This document shows positions 22,589 through 24,000 of a stretch of 24,000 nt of DNA, piece after piece. This DNA is from Yersinia phage CAU_YEP3, in the sequence record PQ863687.1; one strand, 5' to 3'. The translations under genes and the position numbers were made by a program. The notes under the pieces are model-generated. The model was not told where the DNA came from, searched no databases, and saw only the letters and a list, made by a program, of their open reading frames with translations. The number at the start of each line of letters is the position of its first letter. The first letter of the stretch is position 1.

Positions 22589-22930
22589 ATGAAACCTTCT
22601 GTTGTGGTGAATGACGTCACTGTGTTGATAAACCTTGTCAAGGATGTGTTCCCACAACAGGTGGATGTCGAGTATGTTGGGAAGAACGGGAAGTGTTATC
22701 AGGTTGCTCTTCTACTGAAGCATGTGTATCCCCATGCAGAGATCCATTACAGTCAGATAGAAGGTCATGTGTATACTCTGATTGATGGGCGTTACTACGA
22801 CATCGACGGCATCCACTTCAGTGTTCCTCCAGACACGTGTTTGCTAGAACACAATAGAGGTCACAAACCGCATCGCTGGCATAAAGGGTTTGTGAACGTA
22901 CCGATTTTAGAATGGCTGAGGAAACCATAA
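22589..22930 (+). CDS. Hypothetical protein (113 aa), possible Cys-His-Asp (papain/transglutaminase-like) fold
   Basis: Start refined from 22529 (inside upstream gene) to ATG 22589 with AGGATGGG upstream; [12 protein letters not shown]...[17 protein letters not shown]. Confidence 0.65.
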   Translation: MKPSVVVNDVTVLINLVKDVFPQQVDVEYVGKNGKCYQVALLLKHVYPHAEIHYSQIEGHVYTLIDGRYYDIDGIHFSVPPDTCLLEHNRGHKPHRWHKGFVNVPILEWLRKP

Positions 22931-23490
22931 TGGCGGGAATTGTGAAGTATCTCGGTGACACCCACCTTGGGCACAAGAAAATCTTCAAGCCCCGTGGGTT
23001 CGATACCCAAGAGGCGCATGATGCTGCGGTCATCGACACGATCTTTCAGGGGCTGAAGTCCCGGGATGTTCTTGAACTTGCAGGCGACATCTGCTTCATC
23101 GGGGCTGAGGGGTTCATCCGCCTGATGCGCGAGGGTGCCAAGCGGAACATTGATGAGTTCAAGCGCCGCCCGGTTCCCGATGACTGGCGTCCGAACTTTA
23201 TCATCAGGGTGGCTCAGGGCAACCATGACAGCTTCAAGATGTTGTTGTCTCTGTATCTGGATGGCTGGATTAGTTCCTTCGGTGCCATGTATGAGCGTGA
23301 CACTCCGGTTGGCCGTGTGCTGACCACTCACGTTCCTTATCAATTAGACCGCTGGGCGTATAATATCCACGGTCATCTTCACGGTGAAATGCGTGAAGAA
23401 CGCGAATACCTGAACTGCAGCTGGGAACAATTCAAACGTCCTGTGACATTGGCCGAGCTGCTCTATACCAATCTGGGGATTGAATTATGA
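22930..23490 (+). CDS. Calcineurin-like metallophosphoesterase
   Basis: [33 protein letters not shown] motifs; start refined to ATG 22930 (overlaps upstream stop). Confidence 0.8.
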   Translation: MAGIVKYLGDTHLGHKKIFKPRGFDTQEAHDAAVIDTIFQGLKSRDVLELAGDICFIGAEGFIRLMREGAKRNIDEFKRRPVPDDWRPNFIIRVAQGNHDSFKMLLSLYLDGWISSFGAMYERDTPVGRVLTTHVPYQLDRWAYNIHGHLHGEMREEREYLNCSWEQFKRPVTLAELLYTNLGIEL

Positions 23491-23858
23491 TCATTGCAGT
23501 GGATTTTGACGGGACTTGTGTGACACACGAGTACCCAAAGATCGGGCGGGACATCGGAGCTGATGCCTGCCTGAAGAGGCTCGTTGCCAAAGGGCATCAG
23601 CTGATTTTGTTCACGATGCGTTCTGGTGCGGAATTGGAGCAAGCGAAAACCTGGTTCCATGTCCGTGGCATCCCTCTGTATGGAGTTAATACAAACCCAT
23701 CACAGAAGACTTGGACGGAGTCTCCAAAGGCATACGCCCAAGTTTACATCGACGACGCCGCTCTTGGCTGCCCTCTGGTATGGGATGAAGTTTCCAATCG
23801 CCCCTGCGTGAACTGGCCAGAGGTGGAACGCATGTTGAAGAAGAGAGACATACTATGA
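23487..23858 (+). CDS. HAD-like hydrolase
   Basis: [28 protein letters not shown]. Confidence 0.7.
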   Translation: MIIAVDFDGTCVTHEYPKIGRDIGADACLKRLVAKGHQLILFTMRSGAELEQAKTWFHVRGIPLYGVNTNPSQKTWTESPKAYAQVYIDDAALGCPLVWDEVSNRPCVNWPEVERMLKKRDIL

Positions 23859-24000
23859 AAAAGCCGCGCATCACAGGACACCAACTCTCTGTTCTTTATG
23901 GGATAGAGAACTTTGAGAAAGGCCATCGCCGTTATGGTGAATGGTACTTGCATCCCAAGTCTTGGACCAATGACAAGGGTAATACTGTTTGGACGTTGCG
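23855..24000 (+). CDS. Hypothetical protein, truncated by window end
   Basis: ATGA overlap with HAD gene; [48 protein letters not shown]... Confidence 0.6.
   Translation, partial: MKKPRITGHQLSVLYGIENFEKGHRRYGEWYLHPKSWTNDKGNTVWTL

Noticed and set aside
1-24000. CRISPR array, tRNA genes or rRNA
   Set aside because: No regularly spaced direct repeats seen and almost no non-coding space large enough; no tRNA-like sequence noticed by eye, though a tRNAscan-SE run would be needed to exclude it formally.

Overview
The window looks like a gene-dense segment of a large tailed-phage genome, probably a myovirus of a gammaproteobacterial host; lineage cannot be fixed from the sequence alone. About 32 genes, all supportable ones on the + strand, are packed with frequent ATGA-type stop/start overlaps and separated by occasional terminator hairpins. 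Recognisable products are: a Cys-rich membrane protein next to a LemA-like protein, rIIA-like (GHKL ATPase), rIIB-like, an Ig-like-domain protein, a NADAR-like protein, a MazG-like protein, an HNH/NUMOD3 homing endonuclease, DNA topoisomerase II large subunit, an HNH/AP2-type homing endonuclease, topoisomerase II medium subunit, a macro-domain protein, a PP-loop/QueC-like ATPase, a small protein with a possible Cys-His-Asp triad, a calcineurin-like metallophosphoesterase and a HAD-like hydrolase. The most interesting candidates are (i) two separate ADP-ribose-related folds (NADAR-like and macro) on one phage segment, a possible counter-defence against ADP-ribosylation or NAD+-depletion immunity, (ii) two unrelated homing endonucleases fitted almost seamlessly on either side of the topoisomerase large-subunit gene, (iii) a LemA plus Cys-rich membrane protein pair, (iv) a family of intergenic hairpins with a shared TATTATT segment and a shared upstream motif, and (v) unlisted small ORFs, one preceded by a T4-late-promoter-like TATAAATA and a hairpin that would cover its Shine-Dalgarno. 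All family calls come from reading motifs by eye, with no database search.
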